A stretch of 64,000 nt of DNA from contig CAZIGK010000002.1 in the NCBI GenBank assembly GCA_964538615.1, positions 72,655-136,654 of the forward strand, in the 5' to 3' direction. Source of the DNA: an uncultured Rickettsiales bacterium (GTDB lineage: Bacteria; Pseudomonadota; Alphaproteobacteria; Rickettsiales; RI-342). The number at the start of each line of letters is the position of its first letter. The first letter of the stretch is position 1. This document shows, in pieces, positions 1 through 9,182 of the stretch. The notes beneath the pieces were generated by a model that did no database searches, was not told the DNA's origin, and saw nothing but the letters and a program-made list of their open reading frames with translations. A program made the translations under genes and the position numbers.

Positions 1-905
1 TGCGCTATATCGGCACCTGCGATGGCGATATGGAAAAGGGTAATATGCGGGCGGATGCCAATATTTCCGTACGCAAGTTTGGCGCCCCACTGGGTACCCG
101 CTGTGAGATTAAAAACCTGAACTCCATGCGATTCCTGATGAAAGCGATTGAATATGAAGCGCAGCGTCAGGTGGAAATTCTGGAAGCTGGCGGCACCATT
201 GATCAGGAAACCCGTCTGTTCGATACCGCGACAGGGGAAACCCGAACCATGCGCAGCAAAGAAGACGCGCATGATTACCGTTATTTCCCGGATCCGGATT
301 TGCTGCCGCTGGTGTTAGAGCAATCGTTTGTGGATGGTATCCGCGCCACGATGCCTGAATTGCCAGACGCTAAAAAGCAACGCTACATGGATAGCTATGG
401 CTTGAGTGCTTATGATGCGGGCGTACTGACGGCAGATAAAGCCTATGCAGATTATTTCGATGCCTTGATTGCGGAAGGAGCCGATGCGAAGCTTGCGACC
501 GTCTGGATGACCGGAGAGCTGTTTGGTCGCCTGAACAAACTGGAAAAAACGCTGGAGGAAAGCCCCATCAGCGCCACACAACTGGCTGGACTGGTGAAGC
601 TGATTCAGGACAATACTATCAGTGGTAAAATTGCCAAAGATGTGTTTGACAAAATGCTGGAAACAGGCCGCAGTGCTGCGGAAATTGTGGAAAGTGAAGG
701 CCTGAAACAAGTCACCGATACCGGTGCCATTGAGCAGGCCATTGCAGACATTCTGGCCGTCAATGCGGATAAAGTGGCGGAATACCGCAGCGGTAAAGAT
801 AAGTTGTTTGGCTTCTTTGTCGGGCAGGTAATGAAAGCCACACAAGGTAAAGCCAACCCGCAAATGCTGAATGATTTGCTGAAAAGTAAGCTTGCCGGGG
901 AATAA
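1..905 (+). CDS. gatB: Asp/Glu-tRNA(Asn/Gln) amidotransferase subunit B, C-terminal part (5' end outside window)
   Basis: Frame is open from base 3 with no start in the window. [24 protein letters not shown] and the C-terminal tail [16 protein letters not shown] are GatB-like. The ORF-track piece is 30..905. Confidence 0.9.
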   Translation, partial: RYIGTCDGDMEKGNMRADANISVRKFGAPLGTRCEIKNLNSMRFLMKAIEYEAQRQVEILEAGGTIDQETRLFDTATGETRTMRSKEDAHDYRYFPDPDLLPLVLEQSFVDGIRATMPELPDAKKQRYMDSYGLSAYDAGVLTADKAYADYFDALIAEGADAKLATVWMTGELFGRLNKLEKTLEESPISATQLAGLVKLIQDNTISGKIAKDVFDKMLETGRSAAEIVESEGLKQVTDTGAIEQAIADILAVNADKVAEYRSGKDKLFGFFVGQVMKATQGKANPQMLNDLLKSKLAGE

Positions 906-926
906 TCAACCTTTTCAACCACGTTT

Positions 927-963
927 AAGGCCGTGCGCTATGGATTAGGGCACGGCCTTTTTG
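927..963 (+). terminator. Rho-independent terminator after gatB
   Basis: Stem AAGGCCGTGC (927-936) pairs with GCACGGCCTT (950-959), followed by TTTTT. Confidence 0.6.
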
Positions 964-1067
964 CGTTGCTACCGGATACAGCGGCATAGGTCATACCCAA
1001 TACCCATACGGAAGATGGTGTTTTTAGTCGCGTTTCAGGGTTTCACCAGAAAAGCGAAAGGGGCTGC

Positions 1068-3980
1068 CTAACGTCCCTTTTTACCGCCAAAGCCGCCCTT
1101 ACCGCCAGAGGATTTACTACCACTTCTACCCGCAGGCTTACCGCTAAAAGAAGCGCCAGGCGCTTTACCACCGCCCGTACGCCCTTTGGCACTGGTAGTG
1201 TATTTAGCGGCTTTGTCAGCCCGTGCGGCGCGTGGAGCATCACCTTTGCTGTAGGTTTTCTTGCCAGAAGCCTGGTCATCCCTAGGGGGTTTTTCGCCAC
1301 GGTAAGGCTTTCTCTTGTCAAAATAGCCATCATCTTCCGCACGTTCCACCCGTGGTTTACTACCCTTGTAGGATCGAGGGGTGCGTTCCCCACCTTCGTG
1401 TGGTGCATGGCTTTGACGCTGCGGGCGTGGTGTATGATCCTCCCGCGTATCGTTGCGCTCATCCCGACGGAAGGGAGGTCGCTTCTCTTTGCGTTCATAG
1501 TCACCACGGGGGGCTTCTTCATCCCGACGGAAGGCCGAAGCCACGCCCTTGCGCTTACGTTCTCCCCGGTAAGGTTCGCTGTAGGGGTTGTCTTTGTGGA
1601 AAGAGCGCGCTGCCGCATGGCGGCCAGAGCCTTCACGCGCAGATTCGGCATCCTCTTCCGTGAAATCGCGCACGTATTTCTGGTATTTCCGATCAGTTTT
1701 TTGTTGTTTGTAGCGGTCTTTCGGGTTACCGGCACGACGGCCAGCATATGAGTCATCCCGTTGCTTGCGCTCGCCACCTTTCCGTGCTTTGTGGCCACTG
1801 CCTGTATCCTCTCGCAGCAGTTCCAGTTTCAGGCTACCGGTCGCGGGGCTTGCTTCCAACAGACGCGTCACCACTTGCTGCCCCAGATGAAAGCTTCCTC
1901 CCCTGCGGCGTCCGGTCAGGGTTTGGCTGCCTTTGTCATAGACATAAAAATCATCTGACAGGGTACGCAGCGGTATCAGTCCGGTTGCGCCAAGTCCCTT
2001 CAGGGTGACGAACATACCAAATTCCGTCACGCCGGAAATAACCCCTTCAAACACTTCATCCAAATGGTTTTGCAGGTATTTCGCCATATAGCGATCCAGC
2101 GTGTCACGCTCTGCCATCATCGCACGTCGCTCCGTCATGGAGATATGCTCACCGATGGTCTCCAGTTCCTGCATGTCAATATCGCTCAGGCCATCATCCC
2201 CCAGATGATACGCCCGAATAAGCGCACGATGCAAAATCAGGTCACTATACCGCCGGATAGGGGAGGTGAAATGCGCGTAATCCTGTAAGCCCAGTCCAAA
2301 ATGCCCAATCAGATCCGTACCATAAAAAGCCTGCATTTGTGCGCGCAATACGGCCATATTAATGACGGGAGCAATCTCGGATTCCGCGACTTTTTCCAGC
2401 AACTTGTTAAAATGTCTGGCCTGCACTCCATCCCCTGCGAAGATAGAAAGTTCAAACCCTTCCAGAAAACGGTTCAGGTCATGGATTTTTTGGGTATCCG
2501 GTGCTTCATGCACGCGGTGTAAGGCTGGTATCTTGCTGTTTTTAATCAATTGCGCCGCAGCAACGTTGGCACATATCATAAACTCTTCAATCAGCTTATG
2601 GCTATCCAGACGCTCCCGCGTGCCAATTTGGGTAATATTGCCCGCATCATCCAAAATCACTTTCATTTCCGGTAAATCCAGATCCAGCGCCCCCCGATCC
2701 ATACGGAAACGGTTCAGGCAGGCATAGGCACCATAGAGCGGACGAATGACCGTATCCAGCAGCGGGGTCGTCAGTTCCGCATCTTTTCCGGTAGCGGTGC
2801 CATCCATGGCGGCCTGCACCTGTTCATAGGTCAGGCGGGCGCGGCTATGCATCAGTCCGCGTACCAGTTTTTTGTCCAGCAGCCGGCCGCGCTTATCAAT
2901 CCACATGTGAATGGCCATGCAATAGCGCGGTTCATGCGGACGCAGAGAGCATAAACCGTTAGAAAGAGCCTCCGGCAGCATCGGCACCACCCGATCCGGA
3001 AAATAGACAGAGTTTCCGCGTAGGAAGGCTTCTTCATCCAGCGCACTGCCGGAGAGGACATAATGCGCCACATCTGCAATGGCAACCAGCAGGTGCCAGC
3101 CTCCGGCATTGTTCGGGTTGCTGTCTGGCTCAGCAAAGACGGCATCATCAAAATCCCGCGCGTCGATGCCGTCAATGGTCACCAGAGGGTATTCCCTCAG
3201 GTCGGTGCGATCAGCGGTCAGGGTGGGTTCTTCGGCGGCTTCAGCTTCCTGTAACGCATCCTCCGGGAAAGCGTGGGGGATTTCCCGCTCGGTCATAGCA
3301 ATGGAACTAATGGCGCGACCGGAGGCAATGTCTCCCAGATTTTCCACCACTTTCGCATCTGCCATGCCTAAACGTCGGCTGGCTTTTCCGGGGTTGAGCA
3401 CTTCAATCCACACCAACGCGCCATCTTGCGCGCCCATGCGGTCACGCTCTGCAATGGCATAGCTTTGACGCAACCGCTTACTCACAGGTTCCACAATGCC
3501 ATGTGCCCCCTGTTGCAGGTACACACCCAGAATAGGCTCTTGTTTTTCATGCTTGTGCAATAGCTTAATGGCATCTGCAATATACAGGTCGTCAATGGAA
3601 TCATCGGCAGTCAGGCGTACCAGCACATGATCGCCTTCACCAGGAGCTTCTCCCTTGCCGGGGTTGCCCAGAATAATGACCGGTTCTGGCAGGTTCAGCG
3701 GCCATGGCTCCACCGGAACGCAGCGCATTTCTCCATCTGCATCCAGCCCGGTACATTCGACAATCAGGGTGGTTGGTGCTGTAGCCACTCCAACCCGGTA
3801 ACGGCCTTTGTTACGGGTAATGGCTTGCTCTGCTTCCAGCTCCCGCAGTATTTCTTTCAGAATGACCCGCGCACCACCTTTTACGGCATAGGTTTTGGCA
3901 ATATCCTGCTTAGTGATACCGGGGTTTTGTTCAATGAATGCCAAAATGCTTTCACGGGTAGGGAAGGTGGGAGAATTCAT
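1068..3980 (-). CDS. rnr: Ribonuclease R with a very long basic low-complexity C-terminal tail
   Basis: RNB core motifs DFDDAVFAE, YFPDRVVPMLPE and HFGLGLQDYAHFTSPIRRYSDL, plus an S1 domain (FEGVISGVTEFGMFVTL). Likely start is the internal Met MNSPTFP at 3980; the longest ORF reaches 4028. Confidence 0.9.
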   Translation of the reverse strand: MNSPTFPTRESILAFIEQNPGITKQDIAKTYAVKGGARVILKEILRELEAEQAITRNKGRYRVGVATAPTTLIVECTGLDADGEMRCVPVEPWPLNLPEPVIILGNPGKGEAPGEGDHVLVRLTADDSIDDLYIADAIKLLHKHEKQEPILGVYLQQGAHGIVEPVSKRLRQSYAIAERDRMGAQDGALVWIEVLNPGKASRRLGMADAKVVENLGDIASGRAISSIAMTEREIPHAFPEDALQEAEAAEEPTLTADRTDLREYPLVTIDGIDARDFDDAVFAEPDSNPNNAGGWHLLVAIADVAHYVLSGSALDEEAFLRGNSVYFPDRVVPMLPEALSNGLCSLRPHEPRYCMAIHMWIDKRGRLLDKKLVRGLMHSRARLTYEQVQAAMDGTATGKDAELTTPLLDTVIRPLYGAYACLNRFRMDRGALDLDLPEMKVILDDAGNITQIGTRERLDSHKLIEEFMICANVAAAQLIKNSKIPALHRVHEAPDTQKIHDLNRFLEGFELSIFAGDGVQARHFNKLLEKVAESEIAPVINMAVLRAQMQAFYGTDLIGHFGLGLQDYAHFTSPIRRYSDLILHRALIRAYHLGDDGLSDIDMQELETIGEHISMTERRAMMAERDTLDRYMAKYLQNHLDEVFEGVISGVTEFGMFVTLKGLGATGLIPLRTLSDDFYVYDKGSQTLTGRRRGGSFHLGQQVVTRLLEASPATGSLKLELLREDTGSGHKARKGGERKQRDDSYAGRRAGNPKDRYKQQKTDRKYQKYVRDFTEEDAESAREGSGRHAAARSFHKDNPYSEPYRGERKRKGVASAFRRDEEAPRGDYERKEKRPPFRRDERNDTREDHTPRPQRQSHAPHEGGERTPRSYKGSKPRVERAEDDGYFDKRKPYRGEKPPRDDQASGKKTYSKGDAPRAARADKAAKYTTSAKGRTGGGKAPGASFSGKPAGRSGSKSSGGKGGFGGKKGR

Positions 3981-4135
3981 GCGCCTGCAGTTCAATCTAT
4001 AAGGTGAAGGTGGGGTACAAGACCCCATGATACAGGAAATGTTACCAGCAAGACCGCCAACATTTCCCTAAGTTCCATGATGGTTTAGCACAGAGTCAGA
4101 TAAAACACCATGCGACATATTGCGCATGGGTTTGC

Positions 4136-6334
4136 TTACTGCGCGGAACAGGCTGCAATAGCCAGCGCCGGAGGCACAGGCTGTTGCAGCCAAAGGGCTT
4201 CATCCGGCGTGGGAGAAGATGTCGCTTCAGCATGTTCCGCCGTTTCATCCGTTGTCATACGCAGTGCCAAATTCGTCAGCAATGCTAGTTTTTCGGCTGG
4301 TGTTGCCTCCATATGCTGCCATTGCTGGTAGGCTTCATCCCACTTTTGCTGGTGTAGAGCAGCAGTGAACATCGCCTTGCGTGCTCCGGGGCTTGGGCTG
4401 GCCAATAGTTTATCACTATCAGACCACTGTTGTTCGTCAAATTGCACAATGGCCTGCATCACAGGTTGTAAGGCTGACCATTGTTTATCTTCCACCAAGG
4501 CCTGAAAGCCTTTCCACAGCCATAGTCGTTTTTGCTTGTCGGTGCGCATTTTTTTTATCACATCCAGCAGGGCATCCATTTGTTGGGTATCTGCTGCCAG
4601 CATAAACGCAGCATCCGGCAGCAGTAATTCTGTCACGGGTAGCCACTGATTACGTTCTGCAAGTGTACGTGCCAGATTAAGCGCATCTTGCTTTTTAGGG
4701 TTTTTGACACGTCGTGCATCCTGCATGGCCAGCATGATTTCGCCGACACGGGCTTCTTCCCGCGCCAGAAACAGGGTGAGATGTTCAATGGTTTCTGCCA
4801 AAGCTGCGGCTGGCAGGTCTATGGCACCCAGATGTTCAATATCCCCCCTCAGGTCGGCAAAAGCATTCAGCGCGGCTTTTTTATTTTCCAGTTCTGCCTG
4901 AACAGCGGCAAACATGGCGCGCAATTTGGCGCGGTGAACCACATCGTGAAAACGCTCAACCTGATCGGCCACCTGTTGCAAATGGCTTTCTGCTGATTCA
5001 GACTGAATGTGAGGCGATGGCCTTAACTCTGCCAGCTTGTAAATCATTTTTTCTCGCACCGCCGGGCTATTGAGCGTGGTTATTTGCCCTATCAGGCGGG
5101 CGCGGTCATTGAGGGAAAGCCGTTCATCCAGATTACCCAACAGGCGACCGAGTTCACCACTGTGGTTGCTATTATCAATTTCCTTCAGCAAACCCTTGGC
5201 AAAGGCATCGAACACGGTTTGACGGGTGCCTTTGTCATCTCCTACGGTACGTTGCATTTCCACCACCCCAATCACGGCGCTCACTTTTCTCTCCAGATTA
5301 GACATGGAAAGCGCCGCCGCCAATGCCTGTTGAAAAATAGCACGGGCTGCGTTGATTTTCTCCAGCTTCCAATAGAGTTCTGCTGTAAAGCGTAGGGCAG
5401 CCGAGCGGGCATATCCTTCCGGTATCTGGTTGGCGAAATCCCGTGCAAACTCTGCCAGATGCAACGCATTAGTGACTTCGCCACGGCTTAGGTAATCTGC
5501 CACCATCAGACGGAAGGTGGCGGCTTTTGTCTCCAGAGTAGGAATCTGGTGTGCATATTCCAGCGCACGGGCACTTTGCCCGGCTTTTTGCAGGGCAAGG
5601 GGAAGGTGTTGTTGTTGCCATTCCTGTCTGGCCTCGTGGGTTTTAAAACGGCTTTCGGCTTGTTGCAGTGCCGTTTCATCCATACTGGCGGCTTGTATTT
5701 GCAGTTGCGCCGTGAGAGCCACGTCATGCCAATGGGGAATGCTGAGGCCGGACAGATGGTGCGCTAACAGGCTTTTGCCCGTGGTTTCATATTGCCGTTG
5801 TATGGTGAGAGCCAGGGCTGCCTCCCGAATGGGGGAGGGCAGGCGATTCGTCACCTGATCCAGACCGTTAATCGCCGCCCCCAGCCCCACATGAAACCGC
5901 CCGGCAAGGGCAGCGGAGCATTGCAATGGTTGCAAGGCTTGCATGGCCTGTTGTAGCAGTGCTTTGGCTTTGTGCTGTTCTCCCTGATGACGGTAGAGTG
6001 CAGCCACCTGTGTCAGGGCTTCTGCCTGTCGTGCCGGGGTGCGAATATGCCGCGCACTGCTCCAGCCTAAAGCGGGTTGACGCAAGCGCACATACCCTTC
6101 CGCAATTTGCTGCCAGATATGGGAGGCAGCTTCCACATCCTGCACGTCGGAGGCTTGCTCCTCGGCCATTTCCAGAAGACAATCCGCCTGAATGGGCGCA
6201 GGACAGGTCAAAGCATCTTCTTCCGCGTGAGAGGGAGAAGGAAACGAAAGCACAGAGAAGAAATGGCACAGGATTGCGCAACAGGCCGTCACTTTCGCAG
6301 CAGAGGAAGAAACATTGTTTAGGGGCATAGACAC
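4136..6334 (-). CDS. Secreted, predominantly alpha-helical repeat protein of unknown function
   Basis: 732-aa ORF with an N-terminal hydrophobic signal-like segment (CCAILCHFFSVLSFPSPSHA/EE). The rest is Ala/Leu/Gln-rich with TPR-like helical character. I recognise no catalytic motif. Confidence 0.5.
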   Translation of the reverse strand: MSMPLNNVSSSAAKVTACCAILCHFFSVLSFPSPSHAEEDALTCPAPIQADCLLEMAEEQASDVQDVEAASHIWQQIAEGYVRLRQPALGWSSARHIRTPARQAEALTQVAALYRHQGEQHKAKALLQQAMQALQPLQCSAALAGRFHVGLGAAINGLDQVTNRLPSPIREAALALTIQRQYETTGKSLLAHHLSGLSIPHWHDVALTAQLQIQAASMDETALQQAESRFKTHEARQEWQQQHLPLALQKAGQSARALEYAHQIPTLETKAATFRLMVADYLSRGEVTNALHLAEFARDFANQIPEGYARSAALRFTAELYWKLEKINAARAIFQQALAAALSMSNLERKVSAVIGVVEMQRTVGDDKGTRQTVFDAFAKGLLKEIDNSNHSGELGRLLGNLDERLSLNDRARLIGQITTLNSPAVREKMIYKLAELRPSPHIQSESAESHLQQVADQVERFHDVVHRAKLRAMFAAVQAELENKKAALNAFADLRGDIEHLGAIDLPAAALAETIEHLTLFLAREEARVGEIMLAMQDARRVKNPKKQDALNLARTLAERNQWLPVTELLLPDAAFMLAADTQQMDALLDVIKKMRTDKQKRLWLWKGFQALVEDKQWSALQPVMQAIVQFDEQQWSDSDKLLASPSPGARKAMFTAALHQQKWDEAYQQWQHMEATPAEKLALLTNLALRMTTDETAEHAEATSSPTPDEALWLQQPVPPALAIAACSAQ

Positions 6335-6409
6335 GGTTTAAGTCTCATGTTTCAGTGGTCAGGAAGGTATTTTGCAGGCATTATGCGAAGATATTGCTAA
6401 GAAAAGATT

Positions 6410-7726
6410 GTGTTTTTCTGTTCCATGCCGGCCACCAGCTCTGATATGACATTGGTTCCTTTGCTTGTTCATGCGCTTTCCCCTCATGGGGATGGTCTGG
6501 CAGAATGGCAGGGAAAACCTGTCCACATTGCCAAAACCGTGCCGGGAGATGAAGTGCGTGTGGCTCTGCACCCAATGAAAGATTATCTGCGCGGGCAGGT
6601 GCTTGAGATCGTCCGCCCATCCCCAGAACGGGTAGAACCTGCCTGCCGTCATTTTCAGGACTGTGGGGGATGTCAGCTACAGGCACTCTCTCCACGAGAC
6701 TATCTGAACCATAAGCAACAACAGTTACAGCAGCAACTTCAGCCACTGGCGCAACACCCCCCTCAGTCTGGCATACCGGTACATCATCTATTGACCGTCC
6801 CCCACGCCAGCCGCCGCCGGGTGGAATGGCGCCTCTGGCAGCAGGCGGGGCGTTGGCAGGTGGGCTACCAGGCTTTTCGTAGTCATGCAGGCGTTAGTAT
6901 TACGGAATGCCCTGTACTGGAACCCGCCCTGCAAAAGCTGATGTGGGCATTGCCGCAAGCATTGGCAGCATTGCCTTTGGCCTGCCAACCGCAATCCGCA
7001 CAGGCGACGTTATTGGATACCGGGCTGGAACTGATTTTACGTGGAGAGACCATAGATTGTGCCTCTCAGAATCAGCATATATGGGGGGTATGGGCGGCAC
7101 AGATAAAGGTGCAGCGCCTGATTTGGGAAGGGGGGATCGCGCCTGCGCGCTATCTCTTGCATACAGAGGGAACCCCCGCCATGCAACTGGGAGACTATTC
7201 TGTCCCTGTGCCGCCAGGCGCATTTCTTCAGGCTGCCCGCATGGGGCAGATGATTTTGACGCAGGAAGTGCTGAAAATTTGTGGCGAGAGCCGCCTGGTG
7301 GCAGATGTATTTTCCGGCATCGGCACCTACAGCTTTCCGTTGCTTGCGCAGGCACAGCACGTGGATGCACTGGAAGGGGATATGGAGATGGTGAAAGCTG
7401 TGCACAGCGCCATCCGGCAGCATGGCCTGAAAAAGCGTCTGACGGCCCAATGGCGGGATTTGTTTGCTAAACCCCTCACTGTGGAAGAACTGAACCGCTA
7501 TGATGCCGTGGTGCTGAACCCTCCTCGCGCAGGGGCGGGGAACCAGTGCAGGCAACTGGCGCGCAGCGGCGTGCCGACCATCGCCTACGTATCCTGCAAC
7601 CCGGAACGTTTTGTGCGAGATGCCAGTCTGTTATTGGCAGGGGGCTATCAATTACGTTCGGTACAGCCGATAGATCAATTCGTCTGGAGCCATCATCTGG
7701 AATTGGTGGCACATTTCAGCCGTTAG
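6410..7726 (+). CDS. TRAM/Fe-S class I SAM-dependent RNA (uracil-5)-methyltransferase, RumA/RlmD family
   Basis: Cys cluster CRHFQDCGGCQLQ and SAM-binding region DVFSGIGTYSF, with a C-terminal VSCNPERF...HHLE pattern typical of the TrmA/RumA family. Start is ambiguous: GTG 6410, ATG 6425 or ATG 6446. Confidence 0.75.
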   Translation: MFFCSMPATSSDMTLVPLLVHALSPHGDGLAEWQGKPVHIAKTVPGDEVRVALHPMKDYLRGQVLEIVRPSPERVEPACRHFQDCGGCQLQALSPRDYLNHKQQQLQQQLQPLAQHPPQSGIPVHHLLTVPHASRRRVEWRLWQQAGRWQVGYQAFRSHAGVSITECPVLEPALQKLMWALPQALAALPLACQPQSAQATLLDTGLELILRGETIDCASQNQHIWGVWAAQIKVQRLIWEGGIAPARYLLHTEGTPAMQLGDYSVPVPPGAFLQAARMGQMILTQEVLKICGESRLVADVFSGIGTYSFPLLAQAQHVDALEGDMEMVKAVHSAIRQHGLKKRLTAQWRDLFAKPLTVEELNRYDAVVLNPPRAGAGNQCRQLARSGVPTIAYVSCNPERFVRDASLLLAGGYQLRSVQPIDQFVWSHHLELVAHFSR

Positions 7727-8985
7727 ATGAGGGATGATTGCGTTTGCGCCTGCCGATAGACATCCAGATACAATTCCATCGCAGATTCCGGTAAAGGATA
7801 ATGATCGCCCCCTTTGGGAATCAGAGCTTTGTGATGGTGCAATTTGCCGATACGTAGTTGTATTTGCAGGCACATACGTGCGGAAATACCGGCCTTCCAA
7901 CACAGAGAGGTCAGCACTTTCGGGTTGCCGGAAGCCAACATACGTTCCGTGACCGCCATGGGAAAACCACTATGGACGGAGAGATATTTACCCACAAATC
8001 CTCTATCCGCTTTTTGAATGGCTTTCTCCAGCATGGCCTCATCCAAAATATCCAGATCATAGAGTGCCTGTGCATGGGCGGCTGCTTCGCGCTGGCGGTT
8101 CAGGCTGGGGCGGGTGAGCCGCTTGCGCAATAGATCCTGTAATTTTTCCCGTGTTTCTTCCGGTAATTGTTGGTGTTCACACAATTGCTCAATCAACGCA
8201 TCGGAGAGAATACGCGCCAGCCGGTTAACTGTGCCTAATGGCAGATCTGGCCTCTGCACCAAAGCTTCCTGCCATTCCGGGTGTGATTCCAATTGCTGTA
8301 GAATGGTTCGATACCCTCGCGGAGAAATGGCGGCATCATTATTTTGCAACAAGGCGGCAACCGCGTCTTTTTCCGGATGACGAATAATCTTCTGACTCAC
8401 TTTCGGGGTCACTCCAAGTCGCCGTTGGGCAATGGCCGTTGCCACGCCGGGCACCGGGCAATGCTGTAAGATTTCCAACAAATCCTGCTCATTCAAAACG
8501 GGGGAATATTGCAACACCGGAGCAGAGACCGCAAACTCCGTGTCCCACGCCAGTTTCAGCATGGTATCATGCGCAGCCAGTGTGCTATCCTTCAATTCCT
8601 CCGCTACCATACGGCGCACCCGTACCAGTTGATCCTGACTCAGGATATGCAGGACAAGCAACGTATATTCAAGCAGGAGCTGCTGTTCTTCTGCCTGAAG
8701 GTGAGGCAGCAACCGCGCTATACGGCTGGCCAGTAGTTCCCGTGCTTCTGCTGTAATATCGACCGTGAGCCGGTGATCCCGTACCAGAGGCACTTTGCGT
8801 TGTTGTTCATCCACCCAGAGTATCTGGTCATGCTCCAACGTTAAATCAACCGCTTTGCCTGTTTCGGATGGGGGGGAGGTGAGGGGAGCCAGCACTTCCT
8901 CTGGTGGACGAAACCGCAAAAGGGCTTTTTTGTCCTGCCTGTCAGGTCTGTTCTGTCGCTGTCGAAACCATGAAAACATCGGCAT
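7723..8985 (-). CDS. DUF2336-family helical repeat protein
   Basis: The central region DTEFAVSAPVLQYSPVLNEQDLLEIL...AIAQRRLGVTPKVSQKII...LLQNNDAAISPRGYRTIL follows the DUF2336 pattern as I remember it from alphaproteobacterial proteins. A GGAGG RBS lies 9 nt before the ATG. Confidence 0.6.
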   Translation of the reverse strand: MPMFSWFRQRQNRPDRQDKKALLRFRPPEEVLAPLTSPPSETGKAVDLTLEHDQILWVDEQQRKVPLVRDHRLTVDITAEARELLASRIARLLPHLQAEEQQLLLEYTLLVLHILSQDQLVRVRRMVAEELKDSTLAAHDTMLKLAWDTEFAVSAPVLQYSPVLNEQDLLEILQHCPVPGVATAIAQRRLGVTPKVSQKIIRHPEKDAVAALLQNNDAAISPRGYRTILQQLESHPEWQEALVQRPDLPLGTVNRLARILSDALIEQLCEHQQLPEETREKLQDLLRKRLTRPSLNRQREAAAHAQALYDLDILDEAMLEKAIQKADRGFVGKYLSVHSGFPMAVTERMLASGNPKVLTSLCWKAGISARMCLQIQLRIGKLHHHKALIPKGGDHYPLPESAMELYLDVYRQAQTQSSLI

Positions 8986-9118
8986 ATATCCCTCCTGAAG
9001 CGTTTAATTCCAACGGTAGGGCACATAAAAACCAACATTTTCATGTGCCGCTACGCCGTGCGCCTTCAGTGCGCGTGCCCTTGCGGTATATGCAATACAG
9101 CAGAGAGCCACAACATTG

Positions 9119-9134
9119 AGCAATAATAATGCCA
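9119..9134 (-). promoter_or_regulatory. Candidate sigma54 (-24/-12) promoter upstream of the DUF2336 gene
   Basis: Minus strand reads TGGCATTATTATTGCT. GG and GC are at exact consensus spacing (TGGCAC-N5-TTGC). It lies between the EAL gene stop (9183) and the DUF2336 start (8985). Confidence 0.5.
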
Positions 9135-9182
9135 AACCCGCAAAATATTGTTAATTATATCGCATATCCGTAACCGTGCAAG

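Noticed and set aside
1043-1798. 251-aa alternative-frame ORF overlapping the rnr tail region
   Set aside because: It overlaps the 3' part of rnr in another frame of the same strand. The rnr frame is continuous with the S1 domain. The repetitive purine-rich DNA naturally keeps several frames open.
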